Shown here: one piece after another, positions 42,701 to 58,960 of the stretch
Layout: each line of letters begins with the position of its first letter
Position numbering within the stretch: the first letter of the stretch is position 1
Assembly: GCA_964057225.1 (NCBI GenBank)
Contig: OZ059897.1
Span: 22,754,001 to 22,818,000, forward strand
Direction: 5' to 3'
Origin: Auanema rhodensis
Lineage: Eukaryota > Animalia > Nematoda
Length of the DNA stretch: 64,000 nucleotides
Program-made: the position numbers and the translations under genes
The notes under the pieces: generated by a model
The model's input: the letters and a program-made list of their open reading frames with translations, nothing else
Databases searched by the model: none
Told to the model about the DNA's origin: nothing

Positions 42701-45700
42701 CAATAAAAATTTGTTTTTAGACTAATATGGACATGGGGAATCTAATTTTGAAAACCGCATCTCTTTATCTTTCACGTGAAGCGAGTTACATACCAAGTGC
42801 ACATCACGTGTACATTTAATTAGCATAAATTAAAGTTCACGTAAATTTCAAAGTCATGGTTACCATGCACCAATATCAATAAAAATTTGTTTTTAAACTA
42901 ATATGGACATGGGGAATCTAATTTTGAAAACCGCATCTCTTTATCTTTCACGTGAAGCGAGTTACATACCAAGTGCACATCACGTGTACATTTAATTAGC
43001 ATAAATTAAAGTTCACGTAAATTTCAAAGTCATGGTTACCATGCACCAATATCAATAAAAATTTGTTTTTAGACTAATATGGACATGGGGAATCTAATTT
43101 TGAAAACCGCATCTCTTTATCTTTCACGTGAAGCGAGTTACATACCAAGTGCACATCACGTGTACATTTAATTAGCATAAATTAAAGTTCACGTAAATTT
43201 CAAAGTCATGGTTACCATGAACCAATATCAATAAAAATTTGTTTTTAGACTAATATGGACATGGGGAATCTAATTTTGAAAACCGCATCTCTTTATCTTT
43301 CACGTGAAGCGAGTTACATACCAAGTGCACATCACGTATACATTTAATTAGCATAAATTAAAGTTCACGTAAATTTCAAAGTCATGGTTACCATGAACCA
43401 ATATCAATAAAAATTTGTTTTTAGACTAATATGGACATGGGGAATCTAATTTTGAAAACCGAATCTCTTTATCTTTCACGTGAAGCGAGTTACATACCAA
43501 GTGCACATCACGTGTACATTTAATTAGCATAAATTAAAGTTCACGTAAATTTCAAAGTCATGGTTACCATGCACCAATATCAATAAAAATTTGTTTTTAG
43601 ACTAATATGGACATGGCGAATCTAATTTTGAAAACCGCATCTCTTTATCTTTCACGTGAAGCGAGTTACATACCAAGTGCACATCACGTGTACATTTAAT
43701 TAGCATAAATTAAAGTTCACGTAAATTTCAAAGTCATGGTTACCATGAACCAATATCAATAAAAATTTGTTTTCAGACTAATATGGACATGGGGAATCTA
43801 ATTTTGAAAACCGCATCTCTTCATCTTTCACGTGAAGCGAGTTACATACCAAGTGCACATCACGTGTACATTTAATTAGCATAAATTAAAGTTCACGTAA
43901 ATTTCAAAGTCATGGTTACCATGCACCAATATCAATAAAAATTTGTTTTTAGACTAATATGGACATGGGGAATCTAATTTTGAAAACCGCATCTCTTTAT
44001 CTTTCACGTGAAGCGAGTTACATACCAAGTGCACATCACGTGTACATTTAATTAGCATAAATAAAAGTTCACGTAAATTTCAAAGTCATGGTTACCATGA
44101 ACCAATATCAATAAAAATTTGTTTTTAGACTAATATGGACATGGGGAATCTAATTTTGAAAACCGCATCTCTTTATCTTTCACGTGAAGCGAGTTACATA
44201 CCAAGTGCACATCACGTGTACATTTAATTAGCATAAATAAAAGTTCACGTAAATTTCAAAGTCATGGTTACCATGAACCAATATCAATAAAAATTTGTTT
44301 TTAGACTAATATGGACATGGGGAATCTAATTTTGAAAACCGCATCTCTTTATCTTTCACGTGAAGCGAGTTACATACCAAGTGCACATCACGTGTACATT
44401 TAATTAGCATAAATAAAAGTTCACGTAAATTTCAAAGTCATGGTTACCATGAACCAATATCAATAAAAATTTGTTTTTAGACTAATATGGACATGGGGAA
44501 TCTAATTTTGAAAACCGCATCTCTTTATCTTTCACGTGAAGCGAGTTACATACCAAGTGCACATCACGTGTACATTTAATTAGCATAAATTAAAGTTCAC
44601 GTAAATTTCAAAGTCATGGTTACCATGCACCAATATCAATAAAAATTTGTTTTTAAACTAATATGGACATGGGGAATCTAATTTTGAAAACCGCATCTCT
44701 TTATCTTTCACGTGAAGCGAGTTACATACCAAGTGCACATCACGTGTACATTTAATTAGCATAAATTAAAGTTCACGTAAATTTCAAAGTCATGGTTACC
44801 ATGCACCAATATCAATAAAAATTTGTTTTTAGACTAATATGGACATGGGGAATCTAATGTTGAAAACCGCATCTCTTTATCTTTCACGTGAAGCGAGTTA
44901 CATACCAAGTGCACATCACGTGTACATTTAATTAGCATAAATTAAAGTTCACGTAAATTTCAAAGTCATGGTTACCATGAACCAATATCAATAAAAATTT
45001 GTTTTTAGACTAATATGGACATGGGGAATCTAATTTTGAAAACCGCATCTCTTTATCTTTCACGTGAAGCGAGTTACATACCAAGTGCACATCACGTGTA
45101 CATTTAATTAGCATAAATAAAAGTTCACGTAAATTTCAAAGTCATGGTTACCATGAACCAATATCAATAAAAATTTGTTTTTAGACTAATATGGACATGG
45201 GGAATCTAATTTTGAAAACCGCATCTCTTTATCTTTCACGTGAAGCGAGTTACATACCAAGTGCACATCACGTGTACATTTAATTAGCATAAATTAAAGT
45301 TCACGTAAATTTCAAAGTCATGGTTACCATGAACCAATATCAATAAAAATTTGTTTTTAGACTAATATGGACATGGGGAATCTAATTTTGAAAACCGCAT
45401 CTCTTAATCTTTCACGTGAAGCGAGTTACATACCAAGTGCACATCACGTGTACATTTAATTAGCATAAATTAAAGTTCACGTAAATTTCAAAGTCATGGT
45501 TACCATGAACCAATATCAATAAAAATTTGTTTTTAGACTAATATGGACATGGGGAATCTAATTTTGGAAACCGCATCTCTTTATCTTTCACGTGAAGCGA
45601 GTTACATACCAAGTGCACATCACGTGTACATTTAATTAGCATAAATTAAAGTTCACGTAAATTTCAAAGTCATGGTTACCATGAAGCAATATCAATAAAA

Positions 45701-46288
45701 ATTTGTTTTTAGACTAATATGGACATGGGGAATCTAATTTTGAAAACCGCATCTCTTTATCTTTCACGTGAAGCGAGTTACATACCAAGTGCACATCACG
45801 TGTACATTTAATTAGCATAAATTAAAGTTCACGTAAATTTCAAAGTCATGGTTACCATGAACCAATATCAATAAAAATTTGTTTTTAGACTAATATGGAC
45901 ATGGGGAATCTAATTTTGAAAACCGCATCTCTTTATCTTTCACGTGAAGCGAGTTACCTACCAAGTGCACATCACGTGTACATTTAATTAGCATAAATTA
46001 AAGTTCACGTAAATTTCAAAGTCATGGTTACCATGAACCAATATCAATAAAAATTTGTTTTTAGACTAATATGGACATGGGGAATCTAATTTTGAAAACC
46101 GCATCTCTTTATCTTTCACGTGAAGCGAGTTACATACCAAGTGCACATCACGTGTACATTTAATTAGCATAAATTAAAGTTCACGTAAATTTCAAAGTCA
46201 TGGTTACCATGAACCAATATCAATAAAAATTTGTTTTTAGACTAATATGGACATGGGGAATCTAATTTTGAAAACCGCATCTCTTTAT

Positions 46289-49200
46289 CTTTCACGTGAA
46301 GCGAGTTACATACCAAGTGCACATCACGTGTACATTTAATTAGCATAAATTAAAGTTCACGTAAATTTCAAAGTCATGGTTACCATGCACCAATATCAAT
46401 ACAAATTTGTTTTTAAACTAATATGGACATGGGGAATCTAATTTTGAAAACCGCATCTCTTTATCTTTCACGTGAAGCGAGTTACATACCAAGTGCACAT
46501 CACGTGTACATTTAATTAGCATAAATTAAAGTTCACGTAAATTTCAAAGTCATGGTTACCATGCACCAATATCAATAAAAATTTGTTTTTAAACTAATAT
46601 GGACATGGGGAATCTAATTTTGAAAACCGCATCTCTTTATCTTTCACATGAAGCGAGTTACATACCAAGTGCACATCACGTGTACATTTAATTAGCATAA
46701 ATTAAAGTTCACGTAAATTTCAAAGTCATGGTTACCATGAACCAATATCAATAAAAATTTGTTTTTAGACTAATATGGACATGGGGAATCTAATTTTGAA
46801 AACCGCATCTCTTTATCTTTCACGTGAAGCGAGTTACATACCAAGTGCACATCACGTGTACATTTAATTAGCATAAATTAAAGTTCACGTAAATTTCAAA
46901 GTCATGGTTACCATGCACCAATATCAATAAAAATTTGTTTTTAAACTAATATGGACATGGGGAATCTAATTTTGAAAACCGCATCTCTTTATCTTTCACG
47001 TGAAGCGAGTTACATACCAAGTGCACATCACGTATACATTTAATTAGCATAAATTAAAGTTCACGTAAATTTCAAAGTCATGGTTACCATGAACCAATAT
47101 CAATAAAAATTTGTTTTTAGACTAATATGGACATGGGGAATCTAATTGTGAAAACCGCATCTCTTTATCTTTCACGTGAAGCGAGTTACATACCAAGTGC
47201 ACATCACGTGTACATTTAATTAGCATAAATTAAAGTTCACGTAAATTTCAAAGTCATGGTTACCATGCACCAATATCAATAAAAATTTGTTTTTAAACTA
47301 ATATGGACATGGGGAATCTAATTTTGAAAACCGCATCTCTTTATCTTTCACGTGAAGCGAGTTACATACCAAGTGCACATCACGTGTACATTTAATTAGC
47401 ATAAATTAAAGTTCACGTAAATTTCAAAGTCATGGTTACCATGCACCAATATCAATAAAAATTTGTTTTTAAACTAATATGGACATGGGGAATCTAATTT
47501 TGAAAACCGCATCTCTTTATCTTTCACATGAAGCGAGTTACATACCAAGTGCACATCACGTGTACATTTAATTAGCATAAATTAAAGTTCACGTAAATTT
47601 CAAAGTCATGGTTACCATGAACCAATATCAATAAAAATTTGTTTTTAGACTAATATGGACATGGGGAATCTAATTTTGAAAACCGCATCTCTTTATCTTT
47701 CACGTGAAGCGAGTTACATACCAAGTGCACATCACGTGTACATTTAATTAGCATAAATTAAAGTTCACGTAAATTTCAAAGTCATGGTTACCATGCACCA
47801 ATATCAATAAAAATTTGTTTTTAAACTAATATGGACATGGGGAATCTAATTTTGAAAACCGCATCTCTTTATCTTTCACGTGAAGCGAGTTACATACCAA
47901 GTGCACATCACGTATACATTTAATTAGCATAAATTAAAGTTCACGTAAATTTCAAAGTCATGGTTACCATGAACCAATATCAATAAAAATTTGTTTTTAG
48001 ACTAATATGGACATGGGGAATCTAATTTTGAAAACCGCATCTCTTTATCTTTCACGTGAAGCGAGTTACATACCAAGTGCACATCACGTGTACATTTAAT
48101 TAGCATAAATTAAAGTTCACGTAAATTTCAAAGTCATGGTTACCATGCACCAATATCAATAAAAATTTGTTTTTAGACTAATATGGACATGGCGAATCTA
48201 ATTTTGAAAACCGCATCTCTTTATCTTTCACGTGAAGCGAGTTACATACCAAGTGCACATCACGTGTACATTTAATTAGCATAAATTAAAGTTCACGTAA
48301 ATTTCAAAGTCATGGTTACCATGAACCAATATCAATAAAAATTTGTTTTCAGACTAATATGGACATGGGGAATCTAATTTTGAAAACCGCATCTCTTTAT
48401 CTTTCACGTGAAGCGAGTTACATACCAAGTGCACATCACGTGTACATTTAATTAGCATAAATTAAAGTTCACGTAAATTTCAAAGTCATGGTTACCATGC
48501 ACCAATATCAATAAAAATTTGTTTTTAGACTAATATGGACATGGGGAATCTAATTTTGAAAACCGCATCTCTTTATCTTTCACGTGAAGCGAGTTACATA
48601 CCAAGTGCACATCACGTGTACATTTAATTAGCATAAATTAAAGTTCACGTAAATTTCAAAGTCATGGTTACCATGAACCAATATCAATAAAAATTTGTTT
48701 TTAGACTAATATGGACATGGGGAATCTAATTTTGAAAACCGCATCTCTTTATCTTTCACGTGAAGCGAGTTACATACCAAGTGCACATCACGTGTACATT
48801 TAATTAGCATAAATAAAAGTTCACGTAAATTTCAAAGTCATGGTTACCATGAACCAATATCAATAAAAATTTGTTATTAGACTAATATGGACATGGGGAA
48901 TCTAATTTTGAAAACCGCATCTCTTTATCTTTCACGTGAAGCGAGTTACATACCAAGTGCACATCACGTGTACATTTAATTAGCATAAATTAAAGTTCAC
49001 GTAAATTTCAAAGTCATGGTTACCATGCACCAATATCAATAAAAATTTGTTTTTAAACTAATATGGACATGGGGAATCTAATTTTGAAAACCGCATCTCT
49101 TTATCTTTCACGTGAAGCGAGTTACATACCAAGTGCACATCACGTGTACATTTAATTAGCATAAATTAAAGTTCACGTAAATTTCAAAGTCATGGTTACC

Positions 49201-50688
49201 ATGCACCAATATCAATAAAAATTTGTTTTTAAACTAATATGGACATGGGGAATCTAATTTTGAAAACCGCATCTCTTTATCTTTCACATGAAGCGAGTTA
49301 CATACCAAGTGCACATCACGTGTACATTTAATTAGCATAAATTAAAGTTCACGTAAATTTCAAAGTCATGGTTACCATGAACCAATATCAATAAAAATTT
49401 GTTTTTAGACTAATATGGACATGGGGAATCTAATTTTGAAAACCGCATCTCTTTATCTTTCACGTGAAGCGAGTTACATACCAAGTGCACATCACGTGTA
49501 CATTTAATTAGCATAAATTAAAGTTCACGTAAATTTCAAAGTCATGGTTACCATGCACCAATATCAATAAAAATTTGTTTTTAAACTAATATGGACATGG
49601 GGAATCTAATTTTGAAAACCGCATCTCTTTATCTTTCACGTGAAGCGAGTTACATACCAAGTGCACATCACGTATACATTTAATTAGCATAAATTAAAGT
49701 TCACGTAAATTTCAAAGTCATGGTTACCATGAACCAATATCAATAAAAATTTGTTTTTAGACTAATATGGACATGGGGAATCTAATTTTGAAAACCGCAT
49801 CTCTTTATCTTTCACGTGAAGCGAGTTACATACCAAGTGCACATCACGTGTACATTTAATTAGCATAAATTAAAGTTCACGTAAATTTCAAAGTCATGGT
49901 TACCATGCACCAATATCAATAAAAATTTGTTTTTAGACTAATATGGACATGGCGAATCTAATTTTGAAAACCGCATCTCTTTATCTTTCACGTGAAGCGA
50001 GTTACATACCAAGTGCACATCACGTGTACATTTAATTAGCATAAATTAAAGTTCACGTAAATTTCAAAGTCATGGTTACCATGAACCAATATCAATAAAA
50101 ATTTGTTTTCAGACTAATATGGACATGGGGAATCTAATTTTGAAAACCGCATCTCTTTATCTTTCACGTGAAGCGAGTTACATACCAAGTGCACATCACG
50201 TGTACATTTAATTAGCATAAATTAAAGTTCACGTAAATTTCAAAGTCATGGTTACCATGCACCAATATCAATAAAAATTTGTTTTTAGACTAATATGGAC
50301 ATGGGGAATCTAATTTTGAAAACCGCATCTCTTTATCTTTCACGTGAAGCGAGTTACATACCAAGTGCACATCACGTGTACATTTAATTAGCATAAATTA
50401 AAGTTCACGTAAATTTCAAAGTCATGGTTACCATGAACCAATATCAATAAAAATTTGTTTTTAGACTAATATGGACATGGGGAATCTAATTTTGAAAACC
50501 GCATCTCTTTATCTTTCACGTGAAGCGAGTTACATACCAAGTGCACATCACGTGTACATTTAATTAGCATAAATAAAAGTTCACGTAAATTTCAAAGTCA
50601 TGGTTACCATGAACCAATATCAATAAAAATTTGTTTTTAGACTAATATGGACATGGGGAATCTAATTTTGAAAACCGCATCTCTTTAT
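46289..50688 (+). repeat. 10-monomer HOR (1760 bp) x2 (47169-50688), preceded by an extra copy of its first 5 monomers
   Basis: G145C at 48193 and 49953; G8A monomers at 46641, 47521 and 49281. The copies differ by T124A at 48876. Confidence 0.87.
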
Positions 50689-51744
50689 CTTTCACGTGAA
50701 GCGAGTTACATACCAAGTGCACATCACGTGTACATTTAATTAGCATAAATTAAAGTTCACGTAAATTTCAAAGTCATGGTTACCATGAACCAATATCAAT
50801 AAAAATTTGTTTTCAGACTAATATGGACATGGGGAATCTAATTTTGAAAACCGCATCTCTTTATCTTTCACGTGAAGCGAGTTACATACCAAGTGCACAT
50901 CACGTGTACATTTAATTAGCATAAATTAAAGTTCACGTAAATTTCAAAGTCATGGTTACCATGCACCAATATCAATAAAAATTTGTTTTTAGACTAATAT
51001 GGACATGGGGAATCTAATTTTGAAAACCGCATCTCTTTATCTTTCACGTGAAGCGAGTTACATACTAAGTGCACATCACGTGTACATTTAATTAGCATAA
51101 ATTAAAGTTGACGTAAATTTCAAAGTCATGGTTACCATGCACCAATATCAATAAAAATTTGTTTTTAGACTAATATGGACATGGGGAATCTAATTTTGAA
51201 AACCGCATCTCTTTATCTTTCACGTGAAGCGAGTTACATACCAAGTGCACATCACGTGTACATTTAATTAGCATAAATTAAAGTTCACGTAAATTTCAAA
51301 GTCATGGTTACCATGCACCAATATCAATAAAAATTTGTTTTTAGACTAATATGGACATGGGGAATCTAATTTTGAAAACAGCATCTCTTTATCTTTCACG
51401 TGAAGCGAGTTACATACTAAGTGCACATCACGTGTACATTTAATTAGCATAAATTAAAGTTCACGTAAATTTCAAAGTCATGGTTACCATGCACCAATAT
51501 CAATAAAAATTTGTTTTTAGACTAATATGGACATGGGGAATCTAATTTTGAAAACCGCATCTCTTTATCTTTCACGTGAAGCGAGTTACATACTAAGTGC
51601 ACATCACGTGTACATTTAATTAGTATAAATTAAAGTTCACGTAAATTTCAAAGTCATGGTTACCATGCACCAATATCAATAAAAATTTGTTTTTAGACTA
51701 ATATGGACATGGGAAATCTAATTTTGAAAACCGCATCTCTTTAT

Positions 51745-54700
51745 CTTTCACGTGAAGCGAGTTACATACCAAGTGCACATCACGTGTACATTTAATTAGC
51801 ATAAATTAAAGTTCACGTAAATTTCAAAGTCATGGTTACCATGCACCAATATCAATAAAAATTTGTTTTTAGACTAATATGGACATGGGGAATCTAATTT
51901 TGAAAACCGCATCTCTTTATCTTTCACATGAAGCGAGTTACATACCAAGTGCACATCACGTGTACATTTAATTAGCATAAATTAAAGTTCACGTAAATTT
52001 CAAAGTCATGGTTACCATGAACCAATATCAATAAAAATTTGTTTTTAGACTAATATGGACATGGGGAATCTAATTTTGAAAACCGCATCTCTTTATCTTT
52101 CACGTGAAGCGAGTTACATACCAAGTGCACATCACGTATACATTTAATTAGCATAAATTAAAGTTCACGTAAATTTCAAAGTCATGGTTACCATGAACCA
52201 ATATCAATAAAAATTTGTTTTTAGACTAATATGGACATGGGGAATCTAATTTTGAAAACCACATCTCTTTATCTTTCACGTGAAGCGAGTTACATACCAA
52301 GTGCACATCACGTGTACATTTAATTAGCATAAATTAAAGTTCACGTAAATTTCAAAGTCATGGTTACCATGCACCAATATCAATAAAAATTTGTTTTTAG
52401 ACTAATATGGACATGGGGAATCTAATTTTGAAAACCGCATCTCTTTATCTTTCACGTGAAGCGAGTTACATACCAAGTGCACATCACGTGTACATTTAAT
52501 TAGCATAAATTAAAGTTCACGTAAATTTCAAAGTCATGGTTACCATGCACCAATATCAATAAAAATTTGTTTTTAGACTAATATGGACATGGGGAATCTA
52601 ATTTTGAAAACCGCATCTCTTTATCTTTCACGTGAAGCGAGTTACATACCAAGTGCACATCACGTGTACATTTAATTAGCATAAATTAAAGTTCACGTAA
52701 ATTTCAAAGTCATGGTTACCATGCACCAATATCAATAAAAATTTGTTTTTAGACTAATATGGACATGGGGAATCTAATTTTGAAAACCGCATCTCTTTAT
52801 CTTTCACGTGAAGCGAGTTACATACCAAGTGCACATCACGTGTACATTTAATTAGCATAAATTAAAGTTCACGTAAATTTCAAAGTCATGGTTACCATGC
52901 ACCAATATCAATAAAAATTTGTTTTTAGACTAATATGGACATGGGGAATCTAATTTTGAAAACCGCATCTCTTTATCTTTCACGTGAAGCGAGTTACATA
53001 CTAAGTGCACATCACGTGTACATTTAATTAGCATAAATTAAAGTTCACGTAAATTTCAAAGTCATGGTTACCATGCACCAATATCAATAAAAATTTGTTT
53101 TTAGACTAATATGGACATGGGGAATCTAATTTTGAAAACCGCATCTCTTTATCTTTCACGTGAAGCGAGTTACATACCAAGTGCACATCACGTGTACATT
53201 TAATTAGCATAAATTAAAGTTCACGTAAATTTCAAAGTCATGGTTACCATGAACCAATATCAATAAAAATTTGTTTTCAGACTAATATGGACATGGGGAA
53301 TCTAATTTTGAAAACCGCATCTCTTTATCTTTCACGTGAAGCGAGTTACATACCAAGTGCACATCACGTGTACATTTAATTAGCATAAATTAAAGTTCAC
53401 GTAAATTTCAAAGTCATGGTTACCATGCACCAATATCAATAAAAATTTGTTTTTAGACTAATATGGACATGGGGAATCTAATTTTGAAAACCGCATCTCT
53501 TTATCTTTCACGTGAAGCGAGTTACATACCAAGTGCACATCACGTGTACATTTAATTAGCATAAATTAAAGTTCACGTAAATTTCAAAGTCATGGTTACC
53601 ATGCACCAATATCAATAAAAATTTGTTTTTAGACTAATATGGACATGGGAAATCTAATTTTGAAAACCGCATCTCTTTATCTTTCACGTGAAGCGAGTTA
53701 CATACCAAGTGCACATCACGTGTACATTTAATTAGCATAAATTAAAGTTCACGTAAATTTCAAAGTCATGGTTACCATGCACCAATATCAATAAAAATTT
53801 GTTTTTAGACTAATATGGACATGGGGAATCTAATTTTGAAAACCGCATCTCTTTATCTTTCACGTGAAGCGAGTTACATACCAAGTGCACATCACGTGTA
53901 CATTTAATTAGCATAAATTAAAGTTCACGTAAATTTCAAAGTCATGGTTACCATGCACCAATATCAATAAAAATTTGTTTTTAGACTAATATGGACATGG
54001 GGAATCTAATTTTGAAAACCGCATCTCTTTATCTTTCACATGAAGCGAGTTACATACCAAGTGCACATCACGTGTACATTTAATTAGCATAAATTAAAGT
54101 TCACGTAAATTTCAAAGTCATGGTTACCATGAACCAATATCAATAAAAATTTGTTTTTAGACTAATATGGACATGGGGAATCTAATTTTGAAAACCGCAT
54201 CTCTTTATCTTTCACGTGAAGCGAGTTACATACCAAGTGCACATCACGTATACATTTAATTAGCATAAATTAAAGTTCACGTAAATTTCAAAGTCATGGT
54301 TACCATGAACCAATATCAATAAAAATTTGTTTTTAGACTAATATGGACATGGGGAATCTAATTTTGAAAACCACATCTCTTTATCTTTCACGTGAAGCGA
54401 GTTACATACCAAGTGCACATCACGTGTACATTTAATTAGCATAAATTAAAGTTCACGTAAATTTCAAAGTCATGGTTACCATGCACCAATATCAATAAAA
54501 ATTTGTTTTTAGACTAATATGGACATGGGGAATCTAATTTTGAAAACCGCATCTCTTTATCTTTCACGTGAAGCGAGTTACATACCAAGTGCACATCACG
54601 TGTACATTTAATTAGCATAAATTAAAGTTCACGTAAATTTCAAAGTCATGGTTACCATGCACCAATATCAATAAAAATTTGTTTTTAGACTAATATGGAC

Positions 54701-55968
54701 ATGGGGAATCTAATTTTGAAAACCGCATCTCTTTATCTTTCACGTGAAGCGAGTTACATACCAAGTGCACATCACGTGTACATTTAATTAGCATAAATTA
54801 AAGTTCACGTAAATTTCAAAGTCATGGTTACCATGCACCAATATCAATAAAAATTTGTTTTTAGACTAATATGGACATGGGGAATCTAATTTTGAAAACC
54901 GCATCTCTTTATCTTTCACGTGAAGCGAGTTACATACCAAGTGCACATCACGTGTACATTTAATTAGCATAAATTAAAGTTCACGTAAATTTCAAAGTCA
55001 TGGTTACCATGCACCAATATCAATAAAAATTTGTTTTTAGACTAATATGGACATGGGGAATCTAATTTTGAAAACCGCATCTCTTTATCTTTCACGTGAA
55101 GCGAGTTACATACTAAGTGCACATCACGTGTACATTTAATTAGCATAAATTAAAGTTCACGTAAATTTCAAAGTCATGGTTACCATGCACCAATATCAAT
55201 AAAAATTTGTTTTTAGACTAATATGGACATGGGGAATCTAATTTTGAAAACCGCATCTCTTTATCTTTCACGTGAAGCGAGTTACATACCAAGTGCACAT
55301 CACGTGTACATTTAATTAGCATAAATTAAAGTTCACGTAAATTTCAAAGTCATGGTTACCATGAACCAATATCAATAAAAATTTGTTTTCAGACTAATAT
55401 GGACATGGGGAATCTAATTTTGAAAACCGCATCTCTTTATCTTTCACGTGAAGCGAGTTACATACCAAGTGCACATCACGTGTACATTTAATTAGCATAA
55501 ATTAAAGTTCACGTAAATTTCAAAGTCATGGTTACCATGCACCAATATCAATAAAAATTTGTTTTTAGACTAATATGGACATGGGGAATCTAATTTTGAA
55601 AACCGCATCTCTTTATCTTTCACGTGAAGCGAGTTACATACCAAGTGCACATCACGTGTACATTTAATTAGCATAAATTAAAGTTCACGTAAATTTCAAA
55701 GTCATGGTTACCATGCACCAATATCAATAAAAATTTGTTTTTAGACTAATATGGACATGGGAAATCTAATTTTGAAAACCGCATCTCTTTATCTTTCACG
55801 TGAAGCGAGTTACATACCAAGTGCACATCACGTGTACATTTAATTAGCATAAATTAAAGTTCACGTAAACTTCAAAGTCATGGTTACCATGCACCAATAT
55901 CAATAAAAATTTGTTTTTAGACTAATATGGACATGGGGAATCTAATTTTGAAAACCGCATCTCTTTAT
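51745..55968 (+). repeat. 12-monomer HOR (2112 bp) x2
   Basis: G8A at 51928/54040 and G165A at 52261/54373; C26T, T126C and G146A monomers also repeat at +2112. The copies differ by T78C at 55870. Confidence 0.88.
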
Positions 55969-58080
55969 CTTTCACGTGAAGCGAGTTACATACCAAGTGC
56001 ACATCACGTGTACATTTAATTAGCATAAATTAAAGTTCACGTAAATTTCAAAGTCATGGTTACCATGCACCAATATCAATAAAAATTTGTTTTTAGACTA
56101 ATATGGACATGGGGAATCTAATTTTGAAAACCGCATCTCTTTATCTTTCACGTGAAGCGAGTTACATACCAAGTGCACATCACGTGTACATTTAATTAGC
56201 ATAAATTAAAGTTCACGTAAATTTCAAAGTCATGGTTACCATGCACCAATATCAATAAAAATTTGTTTTTAGACTAATATGGACATGGGAAATCTAATTT
56301 TGAAAACCGCATCTCTTTATCTTTCACGTGAAGCGAGTTACATACCAAGTGCACATCACGTGTACATTTAATTAGCATAAATTAAAGTTCACGTAAATTT
56401 CAAAGTCATGGTTACCATGCACCAATATCAATAAAAATTTGTTTTTAGACTAATATGGACATGGGGAATCTAATTTTGAAAACCGCATCTCTTCATCTTT
56501 CACGTGAAGCGAGTTACATACCAAGTGCACATCACGTGTACATTTAATTAGCATAAATTAAAGTTCACGTAAATTTCAAAGTCATGGTTACCATGAACCA
56601 ATATCAATAAAAATTTGTTTTTAGACTAATATGGACATGGGAAATCTAATTTTGAAAACCGCATCTCTTTATCTTTCACGTGAAGCGAGTTACATACCAA
56701 GTGCACATCACGTGTACATTTAATTAGCATAAATTAAAGTTCACGTAAATTTCAAAGTCATGGTTACCATGCACCAATATCAATAAAAATTTGTTTTTAG
56801 ACTAATATGGACATGGGGAATCTAATTTTGAAAACCGCATCTCTTTATCTTTCACGTGAAGCGAGTTACATACCAAGTGCACATCACGTGTACATTTAAT
56901 TAGCATAAATTAAAGTTCACGTAAATTTCAAAGTCATGGTTACCATGCACCAATATCAATAAAAATTTGTTTTTAGACTAATATGGACATGGGAAATCTA
57001 ATTTTGAAAACCGCATCTCTTTATCTTTCACGTGAAGCGAGTTACATACCAAGTGCACATCACGTGTACATTTAATTAGCATAAATTAAAGTTCACGTAA
57101 ATTTCAAAGTCATGGTTACCATGCACCAATATCAATAAAAATTTGTTTTTAGACTAATATGGACATGGGGAATCTAATTTTGAAAACCGCATCTCTTCAT
57201 CTTTCACGTGAAGCGAGTTACATACCAAGTGCACATCACGTGTACATTTAATTAGCATAAATTAAAGTTCACGTAAATTTCAAAGTCATGGTTACCATGC
57301 ACCAATATCAATAAAAATTTGTTTTTAGACTAATATGGACATGGGAAATCTAATTTTGAAAACCGCATCTCTTTATCTTTCACGTGAAGCGAGTTACATA
57401 CCAAGTGCACATCACGTGTACATTTAATTAGCATAAATTAAAGTTCACGTAAATTTCAAAGTCATGGTTACCATGAACCAATATCAATAAAAATTTGTTT
57501 TTAGACTAATATGGACATGGGGAATCTAATTTTGAAAACCGCATCTCTTCATCTTTCACGTGAAGCGAGTTACATACCAAGTGCACATCACGTGTACATT
57601 TAATTAGCATAAATTAAAGTTCACGTAAATTTCAAAGTCATGGTTACCATGCACCAATATCAATAAAAATTTGTTTTTAGACTAATATGGACATGGGGAA
57701 TCTAATTTTGAAAACCGCATCTCTTTATCTTTCACGTGAAGCGAGTTACATACCAAGTGCACATCACGTGTACATTTAATTAGCATAAATTAAAGTTCAC
57801 GTAAATTTCAAAGTCATGGTTACCATGAACCAATATCAATAAAAATTTGTTTTTAGACTAATATGGACATGGGGAATCTAATTTTGAAAACCGCATCTCT
57901 TTATCTTTCACGTGAAGCGAGTTACATACCAAGTGCACATCACGTGTACATTTAATTAGCATAAATTAAAGTTCACGTAAATTTCAAAGTCATGGTTACC
58001 ATGCACCAATATCAATAAAAATTTGTTTTTAGACTAATATGGACATGGGGAATCTAATTTTGAAAACCGCATCTCTTTAT

Positions 58081-58784
58081 CTTTCACGTGAAGCGAGTTA
58101 CATACCAAGTGCACATCACGTGTACATTTAATTAGCATAAATTAAAGTTCACGTAAATTTCAAAGTCATGGTTACCATGCACCAATATCAATAAAAATTT
58201 GTTTTTAGACTAATATGGACATGGGGAATCTAATTTTGAAAACCGCATCTCTTTATCTTTCACGTGAAGCGAGGTACATACCAAGTGCACATCACGTGTA
58301 CATTTAATTAGCATAAATTAAAGTTCACGTAAATTTCAAAGTCATGGTTACCATGATCCAATATCAATAAAAATTTGTTTTTAGACTAATATGGACATGG
58401 GGAATCTAATTTTGAAAACCGCATCTCTTTATCTTTCACGTGAAGCGAGTTACATACCAAGTGCACATCACGTGTACATTTAATTAGCATAAATTAAAGT
58501 TCACGTAAATTTCAAAGTCATGGTTACCATGCACCAATATCAATAAAAATTTGTTTTTAGACTAATATGGACATGGGGAATCTAATTTTGAAAACCGCAT
58601 CTCTTTATCTTTCACGTGAAGCGAGGTACATACCAAGTGCACATCACGTGTACATTTAATTAGCATAAATTAAAGTTCACGTAAATTTCAAAGTCATGGT
58701 TACCATGATCCAATATCAATAAAAATTTGTTTTTAGACTAATATGGACATGGGGAATCTAATTTTGAAAACCGCATCTCTTTAT
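58081..58784 (+). repeat. 2-monomer HOR (352 bp) x2
   Basis: T18G+A101T monomer at 58257 and 58609, each preceded by a plain C100 monomer. Confidence 0.8.
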
Positions 58785-58960
58785 CTTTCACGTGAAGCGA
58801 GTTACATACCAAGTGCACATCACGTGTACATTTAATTAGCATTAATTAAAGTTCACGTAAATTTCAAAGTCATGGTTACCATGAACCAATATCAATAAAA
58901 ATTTGTTTTTAGACTAATATGGACATGGGGAATCTAATTTTGAAAACCGCATCTCTTTAT

